A stretch of 64,000 nucleotides of DNA from Eledone cirrhosa. Its lineage: Eukaryota. This document shows positions 1 through 17,504 of this stretch, in pieces. Both the position numbers and the translations under genes were made by a program. Every line of letters begins with the position of its first letter. The first letter of the stretch is position 1. The notes under the pieces are model-generated. The model made no database searches. It had not been told where the DNA came from and was given only the letters and a program-made list of their open reading frames with translations. The stretch spans positions 171,244,001 to 171,308,000 of the forward strand of contig OZ024743.1 of NCBI GenBank assembly GCA_964016885.1. Direction: 5' to 3'.

Positions 1-2300
1 AACACAGCACACAGATACAGGCAAACAAAATAACACAAGACAGGGAGTAGAAACCGAGAGTAATCAAAATTATCAATCTAACTAGTGCAGAACCAACACC
101 CAACCTTATCAACTTACTCTCCAAAGGTCTTAAATTCACACCGACCCCACTACGTCCTAACTACTATGAAATGGAGGAAGACATCACAGACTTCTGTAGA
201 AAGTTACGACTCAGTGAACAACTATTCGACCAGTACAATGAGGATGAATCATTAGCCAGAAATAGAAGCAACTACACCCCATCAAAAGGTAGAAATAAAA
301 TCCTGGACGAATTCTGTGAACACATCACAAACTTGCCTTACCAACAGACAAAAACACAAGCCAAACATCCACAAGAAAGAATGGGAAGAATTAAATAGAT
401 TAAAAACCGACAGAACCATTACAATTAAAGAGGCCGATAAAGGGAGTACAGTAGTCCTAATGGAGACAGAATTCTATATCAACTTAGCGCTCTCTACTTT
501 GGAAAACGAAACATACTACAAAAAGGCTGAACACTAGAATCAACAGAAAATTATGAGAAACCTATAAACTCTGATTAACCAATACAAAGAAGGACTCACT
601 AACAAGGAATTCAGCTTCATCACAGACTTCACAAGTAAATCCAGCCTTTTCTAAGGTATCCCTAAAGTACATAAAAGCGCATTAATAAGTAAGGCATGCA
701 AGGAAGCCACAGACATAGTCATCAATGTCCTCTCACCCAATGATCTCAAATTAAGACCTATAATAGCAGGCCCCGCTTGCGAAACCCACCGCCTTAGCAA
801 CTTCATTGATACCCTTCTCAAGCTTTTTCTCAAACACATCAAAAGCTATATAAGGGACGACCTAGATATGTTCAATCACCTCCCTAATATGCCCCTTTCT
901 GAACAAACCCTACTAGTGACGTTCGATGTAGTCAACCTATACTCCAACATCCCCCACAACCTAAGAATAGAAGCTATCCAATTCTGGCTGGATAATTATC
1001 ACAATGAACTCCCACAACGCATCAAAAAAGAATTCGTGATAGAGGGACTCAAATTTATCTTGCAGAACAATTACTTCATTTTCAATAACAAATCCTACAG
1101 GCAGAAATCTGGGACCGCTATGGGAACGAAAACAGCCCCCACTTATGCCAACCTAGTCATGGGATACCCGGAAATCACCCTCTACACTAAAGTACTAAAC
1201 AAATTTTGAAACACTCTCCACTTATACATAGAAAGGAACTGGAAGCGATATCTAGATGACTGCTTCATCCTTTGGCTCGAAAACATCGAAAAACTTAAAG
1301 AATTTCACACCCTTATAAATGGGCTCAACACGAATATTAACTTTACGATGGAATACAGCCATCAACAACTCCCCTTCCTCGACATGCTCATTAAGATTCA
1401 TAACAAAAAAATAGAAACAGACATATACTACAAGCCCACAGACTCCAAGCAATATCTTCCTTTCAACTCTTGCCACCCTAGACACGTTAAAATTAATATT
1501 CCCTACAACTTAGCCAAGAGAATGTGCTATAGTCTCCAATAAAAACACCTGTTACTTACGGCTACAAGATCTAAAGGACACACTCATAGGCAGGGACTAC
1601 ACTGCATCACTAATTGACAATGGAATCCAACGTGCCCTAAAACTCAGTACCCAGGACCTTAGACACCCTAAAGTAAATCAACCGAAACTAAAAGTTCTTC
1701 CATACATCTCCACACACAACCCCCTCACCAATGAGGCCTTTGACACCATCCTCCAGAACATCCCTGTGTTAAAAAAGGACCATAGAATGAACCAAATCCT
1801 TCGAACACACGATATCATAAAGAGCAAAAGACAATCTAAGTCAATGAAAAACATCCTAACACATGCCAAAGTACTGCCAACCACAACAACGAAACCCACA
1901 GTAAAAAAATGCGATAGACCCAACTGTGGCATATGCATCAACCTAATAGAGGGTTCGAAATTCTATTTCAAAGAAGGACAACGTTTTATAGTAAAACACA
2001 ATTTCACATGCGCATCAGAAAATCTAATATATGTATTAACTTGCTCAGGTTGTCGAGAACAATACATAGGCCGGACCAAAAGCAGCCTCCGCCAACGCAT
2101 GGCTGTCCAAATTAAAATACGGGAATACAGGAAAATACCACTGAGTGAACACATTGATACCTGTGCCGCCCCAAATCATCCCAACTTCAGAATATTTCCC
2201 CCTCTACAAATTTAAATATAATGCCACCCACACCCAGCGCATCAGCAAGGAATCTTACTTTATTAACAAATACGGACCCCGTCTAAACACTTCTCCCTAA
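1..2300 (+). mobile_element. Penelope-like element (Neptune-like), decayed RT + GIY-YIG endonuclease
   Basis: Broken frames give GIPKVHK, LRPIIAG, FDVVNLYSNI, GTAMGT, KRYLDDCF (~1243-1266), LPFLD, Cys-rich linker CDRPNCGIC and GIY-YIG NLIYVLTCSGCREQYIGRT; stops and frameshifts. Confidence 0.9.
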
Positions 2301-2689
2301 GACGAGCCAACAACATACAGACGTCAACATACATACCTACATCAGCATACATCCTACATACATCTCTATCCACATATAAACACAATGACATACGTAAACA
2401 CACATGTTCTATGGTGCAACACAAATATACACAAATTTGCATACCTTTTGATGTCTATAGATATAAACGTGCCGACACACACACATACATATACGCACAC
2501 ATGCATTGCACACTGATGAGCACATACATATTTGTACACAAGTATTCCAATACGGCAGGGCCTAATGGATTCCCCTTGCAGTACGTACAATCTGGACACT
2601 CACACACACCTTGGTGTTATGACAATACTATATATCATTTCACACCTTTTATTATTAATGTTTTTGATGTTCTCCTGAGAGAATCGTTT

Positions 2690-2935
2690 TTACTGAAAAT
2701 ATCGAATAATGTACATCTCAAAAATACTGGTCCACCCATACGCACACACACACATACACACACACACGTATATACACAAGCGTACACTAACATACAAAGT
2801 GACATATACACACACACACACACTTCTCCGTATAAGACAAGAGCTGAAAAATATCTTTTAACATGTTAAAATATCCCCCAGACACACGTACAGACACATT
2901 CCTTCTGCCCTATCCCTCTACCACGAATTACTCTG

Positions 2936-2985
<50 letters not shown>

Positions 2986-3390
2986 TTGTCTTAAAAGACT
3001 TATTTTTCAGTTACTTCTCAATCAGGCGAAAAAGGACACTCTTCGACAAACCTACATTTGGCGCAAAATCAATTTTTAACATTCAAAATTGTTTTGACCA
3101 CAAAAATTTTTGCAACACGAATTGGCGCGAAACTTATTTTAATACCCCTGGAGCCACTTTTTTCACATAAAACAGGTAGAATTTCCAAAACTGATCAGAT
3201 TAGAGCAAACATCACGGGCGCTCTATCTCAAAATTATTTTTGAAAAGCATTAGAAATGCGCAACCGGTCAAAACTTAAAACCAAAATTGAATACTAACCA
3301 ATACTTATTACTAATTTTTACTTATTCCTAATTAAATTATTTTTCACTGGGAACAATTTGTCAGAATTTTCTTTTCCTTTTACCAATATA
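2690..3390 (+). mobile_element. Non-coding PLE-type repeat (family F) with HHR-like motif at 3237-3273
   Basis: Similar to 43380-44320 (direct) and 40282-40752 (inverted); contains (CA)n; ends at (TA)n. Confidence 0.7.
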
Positions 3391-3891
3391 TATAAATATA
3401 TATATATATATATTTTATACATATATATATATATATATAGTTAGAGAAGCAAAAAATTGCTTATTGTGATCCAGTTCTTGGTTAAGAAAGCCAGTTTCAT
3501 GGATGGTTTCAACGTACGGTTAGGGGTAACTCCACAAGTTTGTAAGAATTCCGTTCAATCTTGGAGTATAAAGTATAAAAGAGAAAACACAGGTAAGCAT
3601 TAAGAGAAGGATTTCATCAAGGTATTTACGACCGTTTCATTGTCCCCTCACCTTCTAATTCCTATTCCTCTCTCTCTATACTAGTAAATACAATTCCCAA
3701 AAAATGTTTTTCTCTATATATTAAAAACTATTTCAAGAGTAACTTCCTCACTATTTTGAAAATTTGGACGTGAACAACAATTATAATTGAGTGGCTGCTA
3801 TTTGCAGTATAGCAATATAAGGTTGCACTTACCAATGAAACGGACGTAAATACATGGATAAATCCTCCTCTTAATGCTTAGCTGTGTTTTC

Positions 3892-3947
<56 letters not shown>

Positions 3948-4076
3948 TATAACAATGCTGGAGAGAACAAGAAATATTTATGAATACATATATATATTTA
4001 ATTGTTTCTACTTTTGGAACAAGGCCAGAAATTATCCCAGTGTATTACTGGTACTTTATTTTATCGAGGTTTAAGG

Positions 4077-4690
4077 ATTGGAAGTACTACTACAGTATAT
4101 GATGGGAGAAGGTACAATCTGGAAAGAGTTAGGTTTAGAAAGGATAAGGGAGGGGCTACAACTAGTAAGGAGGTGTAGGTAAAGTGCATGCGCGTAAAAT
4201 TTGTATAAGGAGAGGGGAGGATTTAGAAATATAAGAACAATAGGTAAGATAAGGGGAGGGGAGATATAACCAACTTAGGAGTAACTATGTGGGGTCGACA
4301 GTCTAGTTAGCAAAAGAGTAAGCCAATTAGGGATGGCAATTAATAACTATTTCATTTCGATCATTAATTGGGCATGGCTTAGATAATGTTATAAAATACG
4401 CTTCAGATAAGCAAAGTTCACGTTGGTCTTTAAGACTTTTGTAAGAGGGTGATTTAGCTAGAATGTCACAATTAAGAGAGTATTCAGCCTTCGATAGTGT
4501 AAGATTATGTATATGTCTGGCAAGAGAAGTTGAAGATTTTAAGCTATTTCTGAAAGAATGTATGTGGGCATTAAACCGTGTCTTGGAAGGGTTAGCGGTG
4601 GCTCCACTGTACGTTTTCCTGTAGCTAGACGTATTGATAGTGCACCTATAAACTACATTTTACTACTAAGGCATTGTGCTTGAAAGCACT
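4077..4690 (-). mobile_element. PLE GIY-YIG endonuclease 3' fragment
   Basis: VVYRCTIN...YSGAT...KTRF..H motif; near-identical reverse complement of 53775-54378. Confidence 0.8.
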
Positions 4691-4815
4691 ATTAATGTCT
4701 TTTTAAATTTCTGGACTTAATTCTTCGTAGTTATATTTCTATCCTAGGTATTAATAATTGGATAATGAGGTTACAGTGTAGCTATGTATTTATGAATGGT
4801 TTAGTAATTAATTTA

Positions 4816-4994
4816 TTGTTTCTACTTTTAGGCACAAGGCCAACAATTACCCAGTGCATTACTGGTACTTTATTTTATCGACCCCGTAAGGATGAAAGGC
4901 AAAGTCAACCTCGGCGGGATTTGAACTCAGATCGTAAAGGGACGTAACTATGCTGGAAAGCATGGCGTCCGACCCTCTACCGATACTGCCAATC
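4816..4994 (-). mobile_element. tRNA-derived SINE (Meta/MESC-like core)
   Basis: On minus strand: A box TGGCAGTATCGG, B box GAGTTCAAATCC, core GCCTTTCATCCTTACGGGGTCGATAAAATAAAGTACC; about 12 copies in window. Confidence 0.85.
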
Positions 4995-4999
4995 ATTAA

Positions 5000-7290
5000 T
5001 TTATGGTCTATTTTATGTTACTTATAGAAGCGTTAACTGTATATTCTGCGGAAAGCTGTCAAGATCCTTTACACGCATGTATTAAATATGTCGTAGAGTT
5101 TATTAATAACTTTGTGTCTAGTATTTATAATATGTAAAGTCTCAGTAGTACAGACATATAGACCTATTTATATAAGGAAAAACAGATAGAAATTTAGGCC
5201 AAGAAACAGTGTATTTTACTTAGTTACTCTTTAACGTCCAAATCGGTCCTGAAAGGGCTGTGTTAGACCTTCTATGAACTCTTTCAAAGATGGTTGAGGT
5301 TGCATCAATATATTTATATGTTTTATTACTAGTTATTACTCTACATTCATAAACAATGTTTCTATCTTGGCATTTATTCTGTATATGGCATTTGCTAGGA
5401 ATTCTACAGTTGCAACTGATTTTGTTACCGTTAATTGTTTTTTCTTTGTGTCTGTGTGTTCGTTGGTCTATCTGATTCGTGTTTGTGGTGTTTTGTTTAT
5501 TAATCGTGTTGCTATTTGATCCATCAGTGTTTGTTTGTTGTTCATTGTTTGTTTGTTAGAAAAACAATTATCTAACGCGTTAAAGAAAAGTCTAGCTATG
5601 TTTTTTTTTGTAATCCTAAGAAGTGGGGTGGATTATACGGAACGGGATCTCACCCTCTTATTTAATTTTATAGTGATAGTAGAATTAGATTTATTGAAGC
5701 CGGGTTTATCCTGTATCTATTATTTTGGTTTTGGGTACCCCTATTATTATTAACATTTATTGTGTGTGCGTTAGTGTTTATGTCAATGGTTTGTTTGGGT
5801 CTATGTTTGGGCGTGTAATTGTTTCCATCTATTAGTATGTATTCAGTTGTATCATGGTAACCATCTGTAGCTACTGCATCATTGTAGTAACTAGTCTTGC
5901 TTTTGAAGATTTCCTTATTTTCTGAGAGTCTAGAGATTCTCTGTTCTACGCTTTTGATTATGGCCTTTTTAACATTTCTAGGGTGGTTTTAGAAGTATCT
6001 AACGTAATTAAGGTTTTCATTTAATTTGTGGTATGGGTAGTATAGGCCAGAATTAAGGTTTAGTGTAATGTAGAGGAAATTGGCTATACTAATGTTATTT
6101 TCTATTTCGAATAATTATTAAAAACGTTTATTTTATTTTATTCTTCCTATTTATGGCACTGTTACTATGGTTAACTAATGTAAAAAGTGCGTCGTCGTGG
6201 TACAAACCTACGTCTAGTTCGGGAATGCTTTTAATTAGGTATAGAATGTATAGTCCAACAAGGTCCATAACTTAAGCTGAGTCTGTAGAACTCATGGTGA
6301 TGTCAGAATTTTCTGGTCTCTCCGTGTATGTCCATAATTCCTCGTTGAATTTTATAATAGTTTTTCTAGCTGTTAGTATAATGTCGATTTCTTACCGGGT
6401 AAGATCCGTATACTTTAATACTTAGGGCTTTGTTTAGTAGTATATGAGTTATTTAGGAGCAGTAGCTAGTTAAGTCCAGTTGTATGAATTCAGTTTTATC
6501 CTTGTTTTCTAGGTCGGTAAACCATTCTATAACCACGTTAGTTCCCTTCCACAATTTAACTTGGGTCCCTAGCTTCAATGATGGTATAATCCTGTCCTGT
6601 ATGCTTTTACTCACAATTCCCAAGTCGGATTTGGATGGTGCGATGAGTCTAACTCGTAAATCTGATTCAAAATTAGTATTATGGTCAATAAAATCCTAGG
6701 TGTTCTAGGTATGTGGGGTTCAGTGCGATTTCTAATGTTTAGAAACGTGACTATTTTATTTGCGTCCTTATTGATTGATTCTAGGTCCTCGTAGGTAGTT
6801 TTTTTAAATAATTTCTTTTCTTAGTTCCCCGTTTATTAAGTTGTATTCCTCCTTAACTAATCCATACAGGTTATTAGTTTTATTAGAGTGGATCAGAATT
6901 TTATAGCTATGCTGGAGTTCTTTAATCTTGTCCATTAGATTCCTCAGGTGCTCCTCCTGTCTTCTGTATGGATGTTTCCTGAATGTAACAACGTGTATGA
7001 TTTTAATCAGTTCATTTTCGAATTCCGCTAGATACTTGTTATATGGTGGGTTTTTCCTTGTTCTAAATCTTCACTCAAGATTATTTTCAGTTAGGTTATT
7101 TTGGTTTTTGTTTGTTTTCGCATTGAAATGGTATGCATGCCACCGCATTCTACGCATGAAGAAATACGTTTTCTCAATTAGTTGTTTAGTAAAATCTCGT
7201 TTTCCTAGTAGTGGTCCGTGCTTAAGTGATGAGGAGATGTTAAAAGATTCAATCCGTTCGGTATCTACTATGATAGAAGCATAAAGAAGC
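5000..7290 (-). mobile_element. Decayed PLE RT (GLYRDD-type, probably Naiad-like)
   Basis: Minus-strand remnants: KQLIEKTYFFMRRMRW, VRLIAPSKSDLG, GLYHDDA (~6189-6210), YYPYHKLNENLNY. Confidence 0.7.
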
Positions 7291-7404
7291 GCTCTACTAT
7301 GATAGGGGCATAACATTAAGAAACACAGACACACACACACAGACAGACACACACACACACACACGCGCGCGCGCACGCACACACATATATATGGAAAAGA
7401 ATGC

Positions 7405-7647
7405 CATAAGAAGCTGTTAAAACAGCAAAAAGCCTTCGAAATGACTTTGGGTAAAACATTACCTCGGAGGAAAAAATAAGTGGCTTGAAGTGAGTTGGCT
7501 TGAAGAATTGATAGAAAATTTAAATACATTCATCAGATGTCAAACCACCTGCAGTTTCGCCAATTTGATTGTAGGACTGCGGAGGATAAGTGGCTCACAA
7601 CAACGGGGAAACAAATGTCTTCGCTGGTACAATGTTTGTGTTGGGAC

Positions 7648-7685
<38 letters not shown>
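7405..7685. repeat. Dispersed repeat ending in (GA)n; second copy 33660-34026
   Basis: Shared TCATCAGAT..CA.ACCACCTGCAGTTTC and GTTGGGACA.GTCA(GA)n. Confidence 0.6.
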
Positions 7686-7690
<5 letters not shown>

Positions 7691-7793
7691 GTACATCCAC
7701 TCGACCTCAAGTCATCGCAAGGAAGGGAAAACAAAGGCAATGTAAGCGGAAGTGGCATGTAGAAAAGAGATGGAAATAAAGAAAGGAAGAGAT

Positions 7794-7844
<51 letters not shown>

Positions 7845-7929
7845 AAAGAACCAGTAAGAGGTAAGTAAGAGGCAGAAATAACGAAAGAACGGGGAACAGA
7901 GGAAGAGGGAAGAAAAGAAAAAGTGTCCA

Positions 7930-8239
7930 ATATCAACTGCATGTCCTCAACGGTGTGAGCCACAAATCTGCATCATCAGCATACAGGAACTGCCCAACAA
8001 GAGCGCCAAATGTTTTGGACATGGTATTAAACTGTCTTAGATTAAATACTTTGCCAGAGGTTCTAATTCGCAAGTATACACCAATTTCGAAATCTTGTCA
8101 GCAGCACGGCAAATTACATGGAGAAGAGAATGGGTGCATGTATGTCGCCTTGTTTAACACCATTTTCCCACTTGAACCCACAATACACAACGATTAACAG
8201 AATCAAAGGCTTTGGCAAGGTCCACAAATACTTGGTAAA

Positions 8240-8240
<1 letters not shown>
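7930..8240 (-). mobile_element. RTE-like LINE RT fragment
   Basis: NGVKQGD...PILFSM and LYADD on minus strand. Confidence 0.6.
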
Positions 8241-8297
<57 letters not shown>

Positions 8298-8649
8298 ATA
8301 TATACATATGTGTGTGTCTGTATGTACCTATGTGTGTGTGTGTGAATGGAAACTAAGAATCGATTATTTAACATCTTTATATAAGTTCATTCACTTACTT
8401 TCAGATCTTATGCCATTGTACCTATATATATATATATACATGGTATTTGGATACATTGTCTTGACAATTCCTTACCCTTGAATTATTGTATGCTCCTTAT
8501 GAAAGTTTTTAAATTTGAAATTAGTAGAGCTGGCTTTAAGTTATAACAGTGGCTATTTTTAGCAATCTGATTGAACTGAGCATTTGTCAGACAATATGAT
8601 TAATAATTTTACGTATTAAGAAAAATTGATATATATATATATATATAAT

Positions 8650-11237
8650 TCCCTAACCATATTTTGGGGCTTTATCGCGACGATGGTCTAATACTTTCCC
8701 ACACCACCATAGGCCATAACTTAGATAGATTAAGGAAAGACTTAATAAAAACCTTTGCTAGTTTTAATCTTAAAATTACTATTGATACTAACCTTTCCAA
8801 TGTTAATTTTCTAGATATAAACCTAGATTTGCCTACTGCTTCTTATAAACCATACCATAAACCCAATGAAAATTTAAAATATATAAATAAAGGCTCTTGC
8901 CATCCTCCTATAGGTTTTAAAACCCCTATCCCTATTATTAGCCGTAGGATCTCCACCCTCTCTTCCTCAGAAGCTATTTTCAGTAAGGCATCCCCTGCTA
9001 TAATAAAGCCCTTCAAAATAGCGGATTTAGCGAACCGATTAAGTACATACCCAACAATACTAACTCTTTTTAACATAATAATAGGAAAAGGAAAAGAAAA
9101 ATAATCTGGTTCACACCCCCCTACTCTCTAGCAGTTAAAACTAATGTAGGCAAAAAATTCCTAGAGCTCTTAGATAAACATTTCCCTAGAACACATAGAT
9201 ACTATAAGATCTTCAATAGAAACTGTGTCAAAATTAGCTACTTCTGCGGTCCCCCTATTAAATCTATATCATCAATAAGAAATCACCCAGAGAACATCAA
9301 AATTACTCCTGTAGAGTCAAAAGTGAATGCCCATTACATGGTAAATGCAACACCAAAGCCATTGTATATGCGGCTAAAGTGACAACCATCAGCAACAACC
9401 AACCAGCCACCAGTGAGCGATATGTGGGTATGACACAAGACAAATTCAAAACGCGTTATTACTCACATGTCGCATCTTTCCGACATCCATAAAAAAGATT
9501 CACAACAGCTCTGGCTAGCAGAATATGGGATTTGAAAGACCAAGGTATCCAATATAAATTGGATTGGTCAATTTTGAACCAATCTAAAGAATATGCAAGA
9601 GGAACAAGAAGATGCACACTCTGCATAAGTGAAAAATATTGGATTTTACAAAACATTAAATCACCAAAAACCTGCCTAAATACAAAAACAGAAATTTTCA
9701 CCAGTTGCCCACACATGAAATCACACTTGCTTTCCAGCTCATATAAACTTAACTCACTTTCAGATACTTATCCTCCATAAACTCTTATTCTTCACTTTCC
9801 TTAAATTATTCTCTTTACAGACTTCTCTTTCTGATTTACTTTCATTTTTAACTTTATTTTTAATTTTATTTTTATTTCACATACACCAGTGAACCCTCCC
9901 CTACTCTTCGATTCACTTACCTAATAACTTCATATTTCACATGTTACTTCCCCATTTTCTTTCACTACCTGATTTCACTTGTCACTTGCGTTTTCCACTC
10001 CAGATATATTCTGTTGTTTCGCAGCCGATTTTATATTTGTAATCATTTATTCATAAGGCTGCTTTATACTCTGTATCTATATGTCTGAGTGTGTTTATGT
10101 GTGTATACGTTCTGTATATGTGTACGAGCGCCTCCGTATATGTGCGTGCGTACGTGTATATATATGTGTGTGTGTATGTGTGTTTTTATATCTATGTTTT
10201 TACATCTATGTTTTTTACATTCTTATTTTTACGTGCGTGCGTAAGCGGGTGAATGTACGTGAATGTGTATGTATATGTGTATATATGTATACGTATGTAT
10301 GGGTGTGTATGTGAATGTGTGTATATGTATATATATAGTCGCGTACGTACGTGTGATTAGATATACATGGGGCGATATATATATATATATATACGTGCCT
10401 TGTGTGTATGTATGTACGCATATATGCGCTTTTGTCTGTACGTATTTGTGTGTATAAATATTTTTTTATAGATATATGTTTTTTATAGATATATGTGTAT
10501 GTACGTGCGTCCCTATGTTTGTTTTCTTTTCTCTAGTGTTAATTGATTACTTTCTCTTTCATTAAACATTTTTTTCATTCTCATATACTGTTTCATTTTT
10601 ATACATATATCGAGAATGACACTTCTTTTCACTATTACACTCCCTTCCCTCTTTATCTTCCGCATATAAGTGATCGCGCGTGTGTGTGTGTGTGTGTGTT
10701 TATACGGGTGCTTTTATACTCGTATGTGTATTTAATACCTGTATCTGGATGCGTGTCAACTATATTATCATCTTCTTTTTCAACTCATATTATATCCGTA
10801 TTTGTGGTCACATATACACAAATATACTTGCCCTCATATATGTACTTACGCACACATTTTCACCATACACATGCATTTGTACATACACACATATGTAGAT
10901 TTGTGAGTGTATATACATACATATACACATACCTAACTATATTTCCTTATATTTTTTATATATTTTTCTATATTTTTTAATATATCTCTTGCATTAGTTT
11001 TATTTATATATATTTTGCATTTCTTGAGGAGACTTTCCAAATATTTCACTATGTTTTATATTACCTTGTCCGACGAACGAATGAGGACGTTTTTATCGTA
11101 TTCGTCTTATTCGGGAAACCTCTGGTAATGAGGTAATTATATTGTATTGTTTATTATACATTAAATTTTGCTCTGGTACTTACATAGAGCACTCTTCACT
11201 CCTATGACTTTTTCAATTTTCAACGGAAACTTCAATA

Positions 11238-11240
<3 letters not shown>
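8650..11240 (+). mobile_element. 5'-truncated PLE (GLYRDD RT C-terminus + GIY-YIG) with long 3' region ending in HHR-bearing pLTR
   Basis: GLYRDDG, IIWFTPPYS, CR..SECPLHGKC, IVYAA...YVGMT, CTLCISEK, CPH; HHR at 11061-11136. Confidence 0.85.
11061..11136 (+). ncRNA. Type I hammerhead ribozyme (U4C core variant)
   Basis: Stem I TTACCTTGT/ATGAGGTAA; core CCGACGA; stem II CGAATGAGGACG/CGTCTTATTCG; GAAA-CC-TCT-GG-TA. Confidence 0.75.
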
Positions 11241-11283
<43 letters not shown>

Positions 11284-11300
11284 CTAAAATAACAGATTAA

Positions 11301-11351
11301 AGTTTAAGCAAAGAATCGCTGCTTTCACCCTTAACGGGATCTTCTGAAACT
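11301..11351 (-). ncRNA. Type I hammerhead ribozyme (U4A core variant)
   Basis: Minus strand: AGTTT-CAGAAGA-T-CCC-GTTAA-GGG-T-GAAA-GCA..TGC-TT-AAACT. Confidence 0.65.
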
Positions 11352-11485
11352 AACAAAGTCAATCTGTGAACGCAGAAGTGAATATTTCAAAAAAAAAAAA
11401 ACGTTGCAACCGGAGGAAGACAGGAATACGATACTTTGGTTCGTGGAAACGTTCCTTGGCAAAGAACGGGAAAAAAACGAATATA

Positions 11486-11669
11486 ATTGTTTCTACTTTT
11501 GGCACACGGCCAGCAATTACCCAGTTTATCATTGGTACTTTATTTTATCGATCCCTTAAGAATGAAAGGCAAAGTTAACCTCAGCGGGATTTGAACTCAG
11601 ACCATAAAGGGCCGTAACTCTTTGCTGCAAAGCATGGCGTCCGATCCTCTACTGATACTGCCAATCCAC
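11486..11669 (-). mobile_element. tRNA-derived SINE
   Basis: Same family as 4816; interrupts a ~140-bp tandem repeat (11430-11900). Confidence 0.85.
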
Positions 11670-12259
11670 GAGTATAATACGTCATTATTTGGAGCGGTGA
11701 AAAAGAATTACACGCAAAGACAAAACCACGTTTATGGTATAAAAGAAGTCGTAGACTAATATTCTATTAGGTGGTTCATAGAGACGTTCTCTGGCAATGA
11801 ACGGAAAAAACGAAGATAATACGACATATGTGGAGCGGGGTGAACAATTGCACGCAAAGACAAAACCACGTAAGTGGTATAACTGAAGTCGTAGACTGAA
11901 ATTCTAACTAGGAAACCGAATTCTCGTCTTCAGAGTTAAGAATAAAGTAAATAAAATACAGAGGTAATTGAAATTAAATAAATACATACACGCATCCATA
12001 TACGTACATACACAAGCATACGCGAAAACACTCGCCATAGGTATACAAATACACACACGTACACACACAATGAAAAAAATCAGCACGCACATACAGAACC
12101 CACGCAACGCCTGTACCCGCACGCATACGAATGTATACACCAAATACACATCAAAATATATATAAAAAAAAATATATATATATATGTGTGTGTGTGCGTG
12201 TATACATATAATTAAATGAACGTATATAAATAAATAAATACGTATATAACAAACGCATA

Positions 12260-13410
12260 CACATAGAATAAGTGGTGTAAGCGTGTGTGTGCGTGTGCGT
12301 GTATGTGTGTGAGAGGGGGGTGTGTTAGTGTGGGGCTAGGTGCTCTATCATGTTAAAAATTGGGTGTTGAATTCTAGACTATTATTGATTGGTGGTTGTA
12401 TTTTGTCTAAATCAGTGCTTCTGATAGCCGACGTCCACCACGAACCGTACCAGAAACAACAGAGGACACCACACCCGAGGCACTAACACCTGCTTCCTGA
12501 AGCTCCCACATTTCAGTGACGAAACAACAACAGCCATCCGCAGAGCTATCAGACGTGAGGGACTAGATATCCAACTAGCCCACTCAGGACCTTCTCTATG
12601 CGGACAGCTAACACTAAAAGACACCCACCAGACATGACAGCCGCTGCAGGCTAGCCAACTGCCCCAACCATGACACAGACCTATGCTACCAGGCTTACGT
12701 CGTATACAGATTAGAGTGCGACAAATGCAGCAATTTCTACATAGGTAGCACCACCAGACCACTTCACATAAGAATAAAAGAACACCTCAATACTAACGCT
12801 TCCTCATTTAAGAAACACCTAGTGAAATGCAAAACACCAACAAAAACATAACAGTTAGGATAGAAACTAAGGAAAGAAACCTCGGTAATCTTAGAATTAA
12901 AGAAGCACTGATTATAGACAAAACACAACCACCAATCAATAACAGATTAGAACTCAACATCCAATTTTAAACATGATAGAGCACCTAGCCCCACACTTAC
13001 ACGCCCCCTCACACAAACATACGCACACACACGCGCTCACACACACATACATGCGCTTAAACCACTTATTCTCTCTCACACACAAAGACTAGTTTTAACC
13101 TGATAGAGCATCTAGCCCCTACATTTACATATAGACATATCTTCTCACACTCATACTTACGCCTTCACGTATTCTCCCACACACTTAAACATACATGTAC
13201 AAAACCCCTTTTAAAGAGAGACAACTCTTTATCTACCTAACCTTCACTTTGACATTAGAGATAGAATGGAATCTCTATACCATTTCCTCTCAGCATGACT
13301 TGGCAAGCTAATTAGAACACTGGATTAACCTCTTTACGTCCCTGCGAAGAAGAGATATTATCTCGAAAATTAAGGATATTTAAATAAAGTTAAGGTAAAA
13401 GACTAATTGT
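12260..13410 (+). mobile_element. PLE endonuclease fragment with inverted 5' copy of its 3' region
   Basis: YVVYRLECDKCSNFYIGSTTRPLHIRIKEHL (~12695-12790); 12260-12410 is an inverted copy of ~12915-13070; degenerate HHR-like motif at ~13338-13376. Confidence 0.75.
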
Positions 13411-13581
13411 CAACAATATCTTTTGCATTTGCATTCATATTCTATATCCATACTTGCATTGTATTGGCCTTCCAACTCCAAACGTTTATACCTCCTTACA
13501 CAATGTTTCAAGTAAACTACAACTTCCTCCTTATATATATATATATATGTATATATATGTATATATATATATATATATATA

Positions 13582-17504
<3,923 letters not shown>

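Noticed and set aside
2513-2560. CTGATGA after the first PLE
   Set aside because: No stem II-GAAA-NUH arrangement follows
3570-3900. Inverted pair containing GAAACGG(T/A)CGTAAATAC
   Set aside because: Probably pLTR ends, but the CUGANGA half is absent, so not called as a ribozyme
9300-9720. Possible selenocysteine TGA in Naiad-like endonucleases
   Set aside because: Conserved Cys positions here are TGT/TGC; no in-frame TGA at Cys sites was seen
11430-11900. ~140-bp repeats resembling a CRISPR-like array
   Set aside because: Whole-unit tandem duplication without unique spacers; eukaryotic context with no cas genes
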